Below, piece after piece: positions 11,147 through 19,593 of a stretch of DNA of 32,000 bases. The DNA is taken from the NCBI RefSeq assembly GCF_001457595.1, contig NZ_LN831039.1, forward strand, positions 1,260,001-1,292,000, given 5' to 3'. Each line of letters opens with the position of its first letter. The first letter of the stretch is position 1. The position numbers were made by a program, and so were the translations under genes. Source of the DNA: Mycolicibacterium smegmatis (GTDB lineage Bacteria; Actinomycetota; Actinomycetes; Mycobacteriales; Mycobacteriaceae). The notes under the pieces are model-generated. The model did no database searches, had not been told where the DNA came from, and saw only the letters and a program-made list of their open reading frames with translations.

Positions 11147-11235
11147 ATTCTGAGTGTTCTCTTGGGAACTTGTGAAAACTCTATGCCTCTGCGATCTCGC
11201 ACGGCATGGCTTGAAACGCTGTGCCAGCATGAGCT

Positions 11236-12123
11236 ATGGGGAGGTTGAGACTCGCCGGTCTCGTTGCCGTTGCGGCGGCAGCGACGTCCGGCATGCAGAT
11301 CGCGGCGATGCCGTCCGCAATGGCGGCACCGTGTCCGGATGCTGAAGTGATATTCGCCCGCGGCACAACGGAATTGCCCGGCCTCGGTCCCACCGGGGAC
11401 GCGTTCGTCGAGGCGTTGCGCCCGCAGCTCGGCGACAAGACACTGGGCGTCTACGCCGTCGACTACCCGGCCACCACCGCGTTCTCCACAGCGGTACAAG
11501 GCATTGCCGATGCCCGGGCCCGTATTCTGGCCAACGCCGCCAACTGTCCCGACACCAAAATGGTGCTCGGCGGATTCTCACAAGGTGCCGCGGTGATGGG
11601 ATTCGTCACCTCAAGCGCTGTGCCCGATGGTGTTTCGCCCGCGGAAGTGCCCGCACCCATGCCGCCCGAGATCGCCGATCACGTTGCTGCCGTGGCCTTG
11701 TTCGGCAAACCGTCACCGCGGTTCATGCGGGTGCTCAACGATCCACCGGTGGTCGTCGGCCCGTACTACGCCGCGAAGGCCATCGATCTGTGCGTCGACA
11801 ACGATCTGGTGTGCGATCCGAAGGGCAGCAGTTTCGCGGTACACAACCAATATCAGGAATTCGGGCTCGTAACGCAGGCCGCGACGTTCGTCGCGCAGAA
11901 ACTCCAGGCGGACTGGGCGGCCGAAGAGGCCGCCGACGAGGAAACCCCTGACGAGGCCACACCGGCACCGCGCACACCACCGACCCGCACACCGTCGCCG
12001 CTGTCGGCCCCGGTCGGTGCCACACCGCCGGTCCAGCAGATCGCGTCGACGCCGGCGCCGGTCGGTACGGGTCCGCTGCCCGGGCCTGCCGTCGCGCCGC
12101 CCCCGACGGCGCCGCTGGCCTGA
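11236..12123 (+). CDS. Cutinase-family serine esterase with signal peptide and Pro/Ala/Thr-rich C-terminal tail
   Basis: CPDAEVIFARGTTELPGLGPTG, VLGGFSQGAAVMG, DNDLVC...H; N-terminal hydrophobic signal. Confidence 0.88.
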   Translation: MGRLRLAGLVAVAAAATSGMQIAAMPSAMAAPCPDAEVIFARGTTELPGLGPTGDAFVEALRPQLGDKTLGVYAVDYPATTAFSTAVQGIADARARILANAANCPDTKMVLGGFSQGAAVMGFVTSSAVPDGVSPAEVPAPMPPEIADHVAAVALFGKPSPRFMRVLNDPPVVVGPYYAAKAIDLCVDNDLVCDPKGSSFAVHNQYQEFGLVTQAATFVAQKLQADWAAEEAADEETPDEATPAPRTPPTRTPSPLSAPVGATPPVQQIASTPAPVGTGPLPGPAVAPPPTAPLA

Positions 12124-12124
12124 C

Positions 12125-13186
12125 CTAGTGTCGCGCGTCTGAAGTTTGTTTACGAGTGTGGGGCAGGATTTCGTCGGCGGTCTTGGTCCACACGAATGGG
12201 TGGGCGCGTTGGTTCCAGCCCTCGATGAAGGCGCTGATGGCAGCGATGAGTTCTTTAACGCTGTTGAACGAGCCCCGGCGGATTGCTTGGCGGGTGATGA
12301 TCGAGAAGAACACCTCGACCAGGTTCAACCAGGAGCCTGAGGTCAGGGTGAAATGCAGTGTCACGCGGGGATTCTTGACCAACCACGCATTGATGTCAGC
12401 GTGTTTGTGGGTGTGGTAGTTGTCGCACACCACATGCAGTTTGCGGCGCGGGTAGGCCCGGGCGACCGTCTTGAGGAAATCGAGGAACTCGGCTTTGCCG
12501 TGCCGCTCGTAGCAGCGGTCGGTCACTTTGCCGGTTGCGATTTCCAAGGCGGCGAACAACGTGGCGGTGCCGTTGCGCTGATAGTCGTGGGTCGCCTTCT
12601 CCGGCAGTCCCGGACGCAACGGCAAAATCGGCTGGGTGCGGTTGAGTGCCTGAATCTGGCTCTTTTCGTCCACGCACAACACGACCGCCTTTTCTGGCGG
12701 GTTCAGATACAGGCCGATCACGTCACGGACCTTGGCCTCCAGTTCAGGGTCGGTGGAGAACTTGAACGTCTCGCGCCGCCACGGTTTGACCCCGTAGCGT
12801 CGCCACGCCCGGGCCACCGTGGCATCCCCGATCCCGAGGTGCTTTCCGAGCAGTCGACTCGACCAGTGGGTCACGGCCAACGATTCCGGTGGCGGCTCGA
12901 GCGTGGTCGCCAGGATCTCGGCGTCATCGACCGTCTTGGGTCGGCCGCTGCGTGGTTCGTCATCAAGCCCCTCAATGCCGAACGCGGCGAACCGATCCCG
13001 CCACTTGATCACCGTCGGCCGCGACACCCCCACCTGCCGCGCCGCACCCGAGGTCCCCGCACCGTCGGCCACCGCCAGCACGATCCGCGCCCGCTCAACA
13101 CGGCCGGCAGGCACCGTCGAGGACCGCGTCCACGACTCCAACGTCACACGATCTTCAGAACTGATCACCAATGTGGATGACGGCAT
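12125..13186 (-). CDS. IS630-family DDE transposase
   Basis: HTH (GAARQVGVSRPTVIKWRDRFAAFGIEGLDDEPRSGRP) followed by DEKSQIQALNRTQP, VCDNYHTHKH, WLNLVEVFFSIITRQAIRRGSF. Frame runs through the left IR to a TAG at 12125-12127. Confidence 0.93.
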   Translation of the reverse strand: MPSSTLVISSEDRVTLESWTRSSTVPAGRVERARIVLAVADGAGTSGAARQVGVSRPTVIKWRDRFAAFGIEGLDDEPRSGRPKTVDDAEILATTLEPPPESLAVTHWSSRLLGKHLGIGDATVARAWRRYGVKPWRRETFKFSTDPELEAKVRDVIGLYLNPPEKAVVLCVDEKSQIQALNRTQPILPLRPGLPEKATHDYQRNGTATLFAALEIATGKVTDRCYERHGKAEFLDFLKTVARAYPRRKLHVVCDNYHTHKHADINAWLVKNPRVTLHFTLTSGSWLNLVEVFFSIITRQAIRRGSFNSVKELIAAISAFIEGWNQRAHPFVWTKTADEILPHTRKQTSDARH

Positions 13187-13230
13187 ACACCATCATCCCA
13201 CACTGTAAACTAATTAATGACGCGCGACAC
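12128..13230 (-). mobile_element. IS630-family insertion sequence, 1103 bp, TA target-site duplication
   Basis: Imperfect terminal inverted repeats GTGTCGCGCGTC...TTTACGAGTGTGGG (12128-12162) and, on the other strand, GTGTCGCGCGTC...TTTACAGTGTGGG (13197-13230). Flanked by TA at 12126-12127 and 13231-13232. Contains one transposase ORF. Confidence 0.92.
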
Positions 13231-13270
13231 TAGTGGCGCCGATGAACCCCAACCTGCGCCATCGTGAGGG

Positions 13271-14293
13271 TCACAACACCGGAAAGGCTTCCAGGGTGGT
13301 CTGAACCTGCGCGGTGGCTCGCCCCTCTCGACTCAGCACGCGACCGAGTTGTTTCGCCGTGTGCAGGCAGATGGCGCGATCGACAATGGTCAACTCGGGC
13401 GCGCGTTCGTACAGCGTCCGCTCGAGTTGCGGCAGGGCATCCAATGAGCGCAGCCAGACCATCAGGAGAAGATTGCGCGGGCCGGTCAGGCTGCAGCACA
13501 ACCGAACCTGTGGCAGCGCGGCGAACGACTGCACCGTGCTCTCGACGTGTGTGGGAGGCGTCGCGGCCCACAAGACCGCCGATACCGGCCAACCGGAGAC
13601 GGATTGCACGACTTCGCAACGCAACCTCAGGATTCCGCTGTTCAGAAGGCGATTTGCGCGCCGGCGCACCGTCGGCTCGCTGACGCCGGCGCGCTCGGCA
13701 AGCGTGGTGAACGGCATTCGGCCGTCCTCATGAAGCAGCTGGTAGATCTGCTGGTCGACCGCTTCCAGTCGGATATCGTGGGCACGTTCCTCGGCTTCGG
13801 TACCGGCTTCCAACGCGCGCTGTTGGTCCTGGTCCAGGCTTCGCAGCCGCCAACGGCTGGGCTCCACGTGGCCGGCTGTGCGGATCTCGGCGTGGTAGCT
13901 GCGAATGCCGGGCATCGGTTCGACCGTGTCACGGATGTACTCAGAGATCAGCGTCGGTGAGCTTCGTGCCACCACGATGAGCAGGCCCCGCGGTCCCGTC
14001 AGGTGGTGGATGTAGACCACCTCGGGCTGTCGGACAAAGGCATCCTGCACGGCGTCGAACTCGCCACGTACGCATTCGATCTCGATGTAGGCCAGGCAGA
14101 ACGTGTTGTGTCGCGGTGGTCCGACTCCGCAGGTCACCCAAGCGTATCCCTCGGTCTGCAGACGCCTCCAGCGCCGCGCCACCGTGGCCGGATCCAGATC
14201 CAACGCCCGGCCCAAGATCGCCCACGATCCACGCGGGGCCACCTGCAGAGCATTGAGGAGCGCCAGGTCGGTTTCATCGACGAGATCCTGCAT
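13271..14293 (-). CDS. Lrp/AsnC-family transcriptional regulator with two tandem Lrp-like modules
   Basis: Two HTH/ligand-domain units: VDETDLALLNALQVAPRGSWAILGRALDLDPATVARRWRRL...TGPRGLL and LEAVDQQIYQLLHEDGRMPFTTLAERAGVSEPTVRRRANRL...TGPRNLL. Start at 14293 chosen inside the longer ORF. Confidence 0.85.
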   Translation of the reverse strand: MQDLVDETDLALLNALQVAPRGSWAILGRALDLDPATVARRWRRLQTEGYAWVTCGVGPPRHNTFCLAYIEIECVRGEFDAVQDAFVRQPEVVYIHHLTGPRGLLIVVARSSPTLISEYIRDTVEPMPGIRSYHAEIRTAGHVEPSRWRLRSLDQDQQRALEAGTEAEERAHDIRLEAVDQQIYQLLHEDGRMPFTTLAERAGVSEPTVRRRANRLLNSGILRLRCEVVQSVSGWPVSAVLWAATPPTHVESTVQSFAALPQVRLCCSLTGPRNLLLMVWLRSLDALPQLERTLYERAPELTIVDRAICLHTAKQLGRVLSREGRATAQVQTTLEAFPVL

Positions 14294-14373
14294 ACGGCAA
14301 CTGTATAGAGATCGATTTTGACGGAATCCTGCATCATGCAGCCTACTTCGATCATCGGCCTTTTGCTCTTCAC

Positions 14374-14387
14374 CACCACATGTGGTG
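14374..14387. promoter_or_regulatory. Perfect 14-bp palindrome CACCACATGTGGTG, candidate operator
   Basis: Lies between the divergent Lrp-like regulator (start 14293) and the transporter gene (start 14406). Confidence 0.5.
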
Positions 14388-14405
14388 TCACAGCAGGGGA
14401 GTGTG

Positions 14406-15875
14406 ATGAACAGCAGTAAGCAAAGTCCCGATGTCGGAATCGATGCTGGGGCTGCTTCAACGCCTGCGGAGCCCAATCACGCCGCAAGGCCGGGACACGA
14501 TGGGCGGCGGCACCGGATCCTCTACGCAGCCGCAGTGGCCGCCCTCGGGGTATCCGTGGTCATCGGCGTCGCCGTCGATGGCCCCACGATGTGGGGTCTT
14601 CTCCCGCTCGCCACTTACGTGGTTCTCGCGCTGTGTGGGATGGACCTCGTCATCGCCACGGTGGTGTCGGTGGCATCGGCGTTGTTGGTTCTGCTCCCGA
14701 CACCGGCCGCCGCCGGGGAGATACTCGGGGAGTCCCTGGGCGACCAGGTGACCATGATCGGACTGATCATCCTGCTCGGTGCAGGACTGGCCGAGGTGCT
14801 ACGAGCCACCGGTGTGGCTGGCCGAATAGTGCAATCTGTCATGCGCATTGCGGGCGACAAGAGCCGAACCGCGGTCACCTTGGGGATGATGCTCTCGTGC
14901 CTGATCCTGGTGGCGGCACTCGGCACGCTCGCCGGCGCACTCGCCATCGCGGTCCCGCTGCTGCTGCCGATCGCGGCGAAGCTGGGCTTCACGCGCTCAG
15001 CGCTGACGTCGACGATTTTCATCGGTGGATGCGCAGGACTGGCGATGGCACCATTCGCCGGCTCGAACATCGCTGTGATGGACGCCGCGGATGTCGGATA
15101 CCTGCAATACGTGGCCTACGGCGCAGGCCCGCTGGCGGTGCTGTCCTTGGTCGTCGGGCTGATCGTGGTGCCGTGGATGCAGCGCCGCACCGCACGCGAG
15201 AACGACTACTACCGCGACGACGAGATCGGTACCGACGATCAGCTCCAGCACCCGCACGCATCGAGGGCCACGGTCGTGTTCTCGGTCGGTCTGCTCACCA
15301 GCGTGTTGTATGCCACCCTCACCTCGGCGGAAACCAGCTTTCCGCTACTCGCACTGCCGGTGCTCGCGATCATCACCGGGCTGGCCGGTGGTCTCTCGCC
15401 GACGCTGATCGCCGGTCGCGTCTACGCCGGCGCGGCCGGCCTGATGAACATCTTCCTGCTGTTCTGGTTGCTCGCGGTGCTCTTCAATGCGATGAATCGC
15501 ATCGACCCATTCGGCGTGGTACTCGATACGTACGGAAGCGGACTCGAACACCTCGGCGCCTTCTCGTTCGCGTTGATCATCGCACTACTGGGTTGGGTGG
15601 GGGTGCCAGGAGCGACGGCGCCGCAGGTTGTCCTGCTGGACAAGTTGTTCGGCGAACTCGCCGGCGCGCTCGGCGTGAGTGCGGGAACCTGGGTGGTGGT
15701 CCTGCTGTTCGCTTCCAAGGCCGACACCTACGGTCCGTTCCCGAACGCCAACATGGTCGGCGCCATGGGTTTGGCCCGATCGCTGAGCTTGCGCAACATC
15801 CTGCTGACCGGGTGGGCACTGCTCATCCCCGCGGTGGTCATGTACATCGCCATCATGTTCGTCGAAACCCGCTGA
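14406..15875 (+). CDS. Multi-TM ion/organic-acid transporter (gluconate/Na+:H+-antiporter-like)
   Basis: About a dozen hydrophobic segments, e.g. GLLPLATYVVLALCGMDLVIATVVSVASALLVLL and TLAGALAIAVPLLLPIAAKLG. ATG 14406 follows AGGGGAGTGTG. Confidence 0.7.
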   Translation: MNSSKQSPDVGIDAGAASTPAEPNHAARPGHDGRRHRILYAAAVAALGVSVVIGVAVDGPTMWGLLPLATYVVLALCGMDLVIATVVSVASALLVLLPTPAAAGEILGESLGDQVTMIGLIILLGAGLAEVLRATGVAGRIVQSVMRIAGDKSRTAVTLGMMLSCLILVAALGTLAGALAIAVPLLLPIAAKLGFTRSALTSTIFIGGCAGLAMAPFAGSNIAVMDAADVGYLQYVAYGAGPLAVLSLVVGLIVVPWMQRRTARENDYYRDDEIGTDDQLQHPHASRATVVFSVGLLTSVLYATLTSAETSFPLLALPVLAIITGLAGGLSPTLIAGRVYAGAAGLMNIFLLFWLLAVLFNAMNRIDPFGVVLDTYGSGLEHLGAFSFALIIALLGWVGVPGATAPQVVLLDKLFGELAGALGVSAGTWVVVLLFASKADTYGPFPNANMVGAMGLARSLSLRNILLTGWALLIPAVVMYIAIMFVETR

Positions 15876-15883
15876 GTAGCAGC

Positions 15884-17479
15884 ATGAATCACGCCATCAC
15901 ACATGACATCGTCATCACCGGCGGACGAGTGATCGACGGTACCGGTCGCCCGGCCGAACGGGCCGATCTCGCCGTGACAGGCGACGTCATCACCGCCATC
16001 GGGATGGGCCCGTACCAGGCCACCACCCGTATCGACGCCACCGATCGCGTCGTCGCGCCGGGATTCATCGATCTGCACTCCCACGCCGATTTCACCGTCG
16101 CCGGCCACCCGACTGCCGAAACCGCGATAGCACAGGGCGTGACGACGCTGATCACCGGCAACTGCGGCCAGTCGACGTTTCCGGTGCGCGACCAGGAAGA
16201 GGCTCGACTCTCCACGGCTTTTCGCGATTTCCCGCTGAGCTGGGAGTGGACCGATGCGGCAGGCTTCGGCGAGACCGTGATGGCCGCGGGTCCCGCGGTG
16301 AACGTGGGTCTGCAGGTCGGGCACAACGCACTGCGTGTCGCCGTGATGGGGCAGCAGGACCGTGCCCCCGACACTCGCGAACTGCGCGAAATGTGTTCCT
16401 TGATCGAGGAATCGGCGCAACACCCCGGCGTGGTCGGTTTCTCCACCGGGCTGATCTACATTCCGGGTTTGTTCGCGTTCACGGATGAGCTCGTCGCGTT
16501 GGTCTCCGCGGCCGCCTCGTGCGATCTGCTCTACTCGACACACATGCGCAGCGAGACATCGGAACTCGTCGAGGCGGTCGAGGAGGCGATCGGTACCGCC
16601 GAGCGCTCGGGTGCGCGGTTGGAGATCTCTCACCTCAAAGCCATGGGCCCGGAGAACTGGGGAGCGGTCGACAAAGCGCTCGAGCTGATCGACGCGGCCC
16701 GCGCGCGGGGCGTGGATGTGGCGGCTGACGTCTACCCCTACACCGCGTCCAGTACGGACCTCTCCTCTCGCGTACCCAGATGGGCCATCGACGGTGGCCG
16801 CCCGGCTCTGCTGGACCGATTGGCGGACCCGGTGCAGCGCGCACGCATCGCCGAGGAGATGCGAGCTCGGTTCGGGCGCGATATCGACCCGGAGGGCGTC
16901 GTCATCGCCGACCTGCCGCCGGGAGAGTTCGATAGCTATGTGGGGTGGTCGATCGCGCGGATAGGGCGGGATCGAGGTGTGGACGCCGCCGAGGTGGCCC
17001 TCGACGTACTTGCCGCGCACGCGGGTTCGGTGACCATCGTCAACCATGCGATGAGCGAAGACGATGTGCGTACCGTCCTGGCTCATCCATGGGTTTCGGT
17101 GGCCAGCGACGGCTGGATGCTCGCCCCCTCCGGTCCCGGTCGGCCGCACCCACGCAGCTTCGGCACCTTCCCACGAGTGCTCGGTCGCTATGTGCGCGAG
17201 CAGCCGACCATTTCACTGGAAGAGGCGATCCGCAAAATGACCACGTTGCCCGCATCCCGGATCGGCATCACCGACCGTGGCTCGTTGACCGTCGGCGCGG
17301 CCGCCGACATCGTGGTGCTCGATCCCCATTCGATCGCGGACACGTCCACTTTCGACGATCCGTGGCAGCTTGCCCGAGGTGTCCACACCGTACTGGTCAA
17401 CGGCACACCTACATTGCTGGACGGCGAATTCACCAAGAATCACGCGGGCAGGCTCCTGCAGAAGCGGAAGCCGGCGTGA
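15884..17479 (+). CDS. D-aminoacylase / N-acyl-D-amino-acid deacylase-like metal-dependent amidohydrolase
   Basis: HDIVITGGRVIDGTGRPAERADLAVTGDVITAIG, VVAPGFIDLHSHADF, TLITGNCGQSTFP, LEISHLKAMG, VAADVYPYTASSTDLSSRVP, SDGWML. Starts 8 nt after the transporter stop. Confidence 0.85.
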   Translation: MNHAITHDIVITGGRVIDGTGRPAERADLAVTGDVITAIGMGPYQATTRIDATDRVVAPGFIDLHSHADFTVAGHPTAETAIAQGVTTLITGNCGQSTFPVRDQEEARLSTAFRDFPLSWEWTDAAGFGETVMAAGPAVNVGLQVGHNALRVAVMGQQDRAPDTRELREMCSLIEESAQHPGVVGFSTGLIYIPGLFAFTDELVALVSAAASCDLLYSTHMRSETSELVEAVEEAIGTAERSGARLEISHLKAMGPENWGAVDKALELIDAARARGVDVAADVYPYTASSTDLSSRVPRWAIDGGRPALLDRLADPVQRARIAEEMRARFGRDIDPEGVVIADLPPGEFDSYVGWSIARIGRDRGVDAAEVALDVLAAHAGSVTIVNHAMSEDDVRTVLAHPWVSVASDGWMLAPSGPGRPHPRSFGTFPRVLGRYVREQPTISLEEAIRKMTTLPASRIGITDRGSLTVGAAADIVVLDPHSIADTSTFDDPWQLARGVHTVLVNGTPTLLDGEFTKNHAGRLLQKRKPA

Positions 17480-17497
17480 CGGCGCCGCTGGCCTGAC

Positions 17498-19414
17498 CTA
17501 GGGGCTGTCGAAGATCGTCGTGACCGGCGAGTCGTCCGATCCGCCGCCGTAGCTGCCGCCCGACGACGAGTCGTCACTGCTCGACCCGCTCGATCCACCG
17601 CGGGAACCGCCGCTCGACCCGCCACTTGAAGACGAATCGTCACCCCATGACGGAGTGTCCGGATACACCGTGGTCGACGGCTGCTCGACGGGCGCCGTGT
17701 AGGTGGGCTCTTCCACCGGAGGCGTGTACGTCGGTTCCTCCTCCACCGGCGGCGTGTATGTCGTCGTCGGAGCGGACGTCGTGGTGGGCACCGAGGACGT
17801 CGGCGGAGCCGTGGTGGTCGGCACGGTCGTCGTAGTGGGTGCCGTGGTGGTGGACGTCGTCGGCGGTGCCGTCGTTGTCGAGGTCGGCGGTGCCGTCGTG
17901 GTCGGCGGAGTGGTTGACGGAGTGGTCGGTGGAGTCGTCGTCGGTGTGCTCGTCGATGTGGGAGGCGTCGTCGGGGACGTCGGTGTGGCCCACGGAGGAG
18001 TCCACGGCGGCGTCAGCGGCGGCACCACGATCACCGGCGGCAGCGGGACGGGAATCGGCACAGGCGCGGGTGCCTGCGGGGCCGGGGGCTGCGGTGCAGG
18101 AGCGGCCGGCGGCGGAGCCTGGGGCGCCGGCGGTGCCTGCGGAGCCGGCTGGGTGTTGTTGCCCGTGCGGGTGTTCGGCGCGACCGGTTGCGCGGGCGGC
18201 GGCGTCAGGACCGTCACCGGCAGCGCCACCGGGTCGGGCTCGTGCGGAACCGGCGGCAGGTACCGGCCGGGCACGGTGTCCGACTGCGTCGGCGTCACCG
18301 GCTGGGCGCGCACATCGGCCGCGGGACGGACGTTGATCGCGACTGTCACGGCCAGCGTCGCGAAGCTCACCGCGACGAATGTCAGGGCACTGCCCACCAG
18401 CAGCATGCGCGGAGGCGGCGGTGCGATGACGGTCGTGTACCCGGCCTCTTCGGCCTGCTCGGGGACGAACTCGCTGAGCGGGTCCATCGGCATCTCGTCG
18501 TACTCGGCCCACGGCTCGGCCTCGGGCTCCTGCGAGTACGCGAGCTCAGGGCCCACCTGACCTGCGGCGTCCGTCGGGGTCGCCACCGTCGCGTCCGATG
18601 CGGCGGGAGCCATCTGCGTCGCATCCGCCGCCGCGGGAGCCGGCTGGGTGGCATCCGCCGCGGGGGCCAGCTGCGTGGCGTCCACCGACGGCGCCAGCTG
18701 GGTGGCGTCGGTGGCGGCAGGCGCCATCTGCGTCGCGTCGAGCGCCGGGGCCATCTGTGTCGCCGCACCGGCCGGCGCGAAACCCTCCGCGGACTGGGCC
18801 GCGCCGCGGGCGATCGCGAAACCGGCGTCCGGTGGCACCTCCACCGGCGCCATCGACCGCAGCTCGGCGGCCACCGAGTCGAGGTCGAGGCGTTGCCCCA
18901 CCAGCATCACGCGCGTGGGCGCCTCGCCCGCGGCCTGCTGCAGCACCGTCGCGCATGCGGCGGCCACACCGGCCGTGCCGATCGGCACCGACGCCAGCGT
19001 CGAGGTGGAAGGACCTTCGGGGGCCTCGCCGATCACCGTCAGTGACGCCGTGTCGTCGTCGGCCACCAGCAATGCCGCGTCGGCGCCTGCGCTGCGGGCC
19101 AGCGCCGCGGCGGCCTCGGCCTCGGCGACCACGTCGACGTTGGGCACCCCGGCGTTCGCCACGGTCATGCGCAGTGTGTCGGCTTCGGCGGGATCGGGCA
19201 GGCACAGCCGCGTCGCGGCCACCTGATTACCGGATTCGGTCACGGCCTGATAGGTGCCGATGATCGTCTCGGCCAGCTCGGCCAACCCGTCGTCGGAGAG
19301 GTCCAGCGCATACTGGTCCAACAGCTGGCCACCATTGGCAGGTGCACCGATCATCGCCAGGCGTGCCACCCGTCCGGTGACGGCCACCCCGAGGACTACG
19401 TCCACGGTTTCCAC
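17498..19414 (-). CDS. DUF7159-like membrane protein: N-terminal globular domain, six DATQ.APA repeats, one TM segment, Pro/Thr-rich then Ser/Gly/Asp-rich tail
   Basis: GTG start at 19414. METVDVVLGVAVTGRVARLAMIG...; TM MLLVGSALTFVAVSFATLAVTVAINV; long low-complexity extracytoplasmic tail. Same layout as the protein at 27579-28790. Confidence 0.7.
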   Translation of the reverse strand: METVDVVLGVAVTGRVARLAMIGAPANGGQLLDQYALDLSDDGLAELAETIIGTYQAVTESGNQVAATRLCLPDPAEADTLRMTVANAGVPNVDVVAEAEAAAALARSAGADAALLVADDDTASLTVIGEAPEGPSTSTLASVPIGTAGVAAACATVLQQAAGEAPTRVMLVGQRLDLDSVAAELRSMAPVEVPPDAGFAIARGAAQSAEGFAPAGAATQMAPALDATQMAPAATDATQLAPSVDATQLAPAADATQPAPAAADATQMAPAASDATVATPTDAAGQVGPELAYSQEPEAEPWAEYDEMPMDPLSEFVPEQAEEAGYTTVIAPPPPRMLLVGSALTFVAVSFATLAVTVAINVRPAADVRAQPVTPTQSDTVPGRYLPPVPHEPDPVALPVTVLTPPPAQPVAPNTRTGNNTQPAPQAPPAPQAPPPAAPAPQPPAPQAPAPVPIPVPLPPVIVVPPLTPPWTPPWATPTSPTTPPTSTSTPTTTPPTTPSTTPPTTTAPPTSTTTAPPTTSTTTAPTTTTVPTTTAPPTSSVPTTTSAPTTTYTPPVEEEPTYTPPVEEPTYTAPVEQPSTTVYPDTPSWGDDSSSSGGSSGGSRGGSSGSSSDDSSSGGSYGGGSDDSPVTTIFDSP

Positions 19415-19593
19415 TCCTTGCTTCGCGTGTTTTCCGAGCTCCGACGGGCTTGTTTCAAGCTACCGCACAGCCTTCGCGATCCCTGGTGCCAATACGCTGC
19501 TTGTGCGGGGAGGCGAAACTGAGCACGCTGGTTGGCAGTGTTCGCCTGCAGTGCGCTCGCTCCGCGACATCACTCATAGAGAGGAATCGGTAC

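Noticed and set aside
11199-11224. Possible hutH terminator stem GCACGGC/GCTGTGC
   Set aside because: Imperfect (G-U), long loop, no U-tract; too weak to call as a terminator from sequence alone.
14591-15883. Long 5' extension of the D-aminoacylase ORF
   Set aside because: Overlaps the transporter gene in another frame; a start at 15884 directly follows the transporter stop and begins the typical amidohydrolase N-terminus.
17703-18560. Plus-strand ORF of 285 aa, Gly/Val-rich (VVVGTVVVVGAVVVDVVGG...)
   Set aside because: Antisense reading of the Pro/Thr-rich tail of the minus-strand gene; its repetitive character is derived from that low-complexity coding sequence.
18593-18763. CRISPR-like short repeat array
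   Set aside because: Repeat unit is 27-30 nt without conserved spacer structure, in frame and encodes a degenerate protein repeat; no cas genes.
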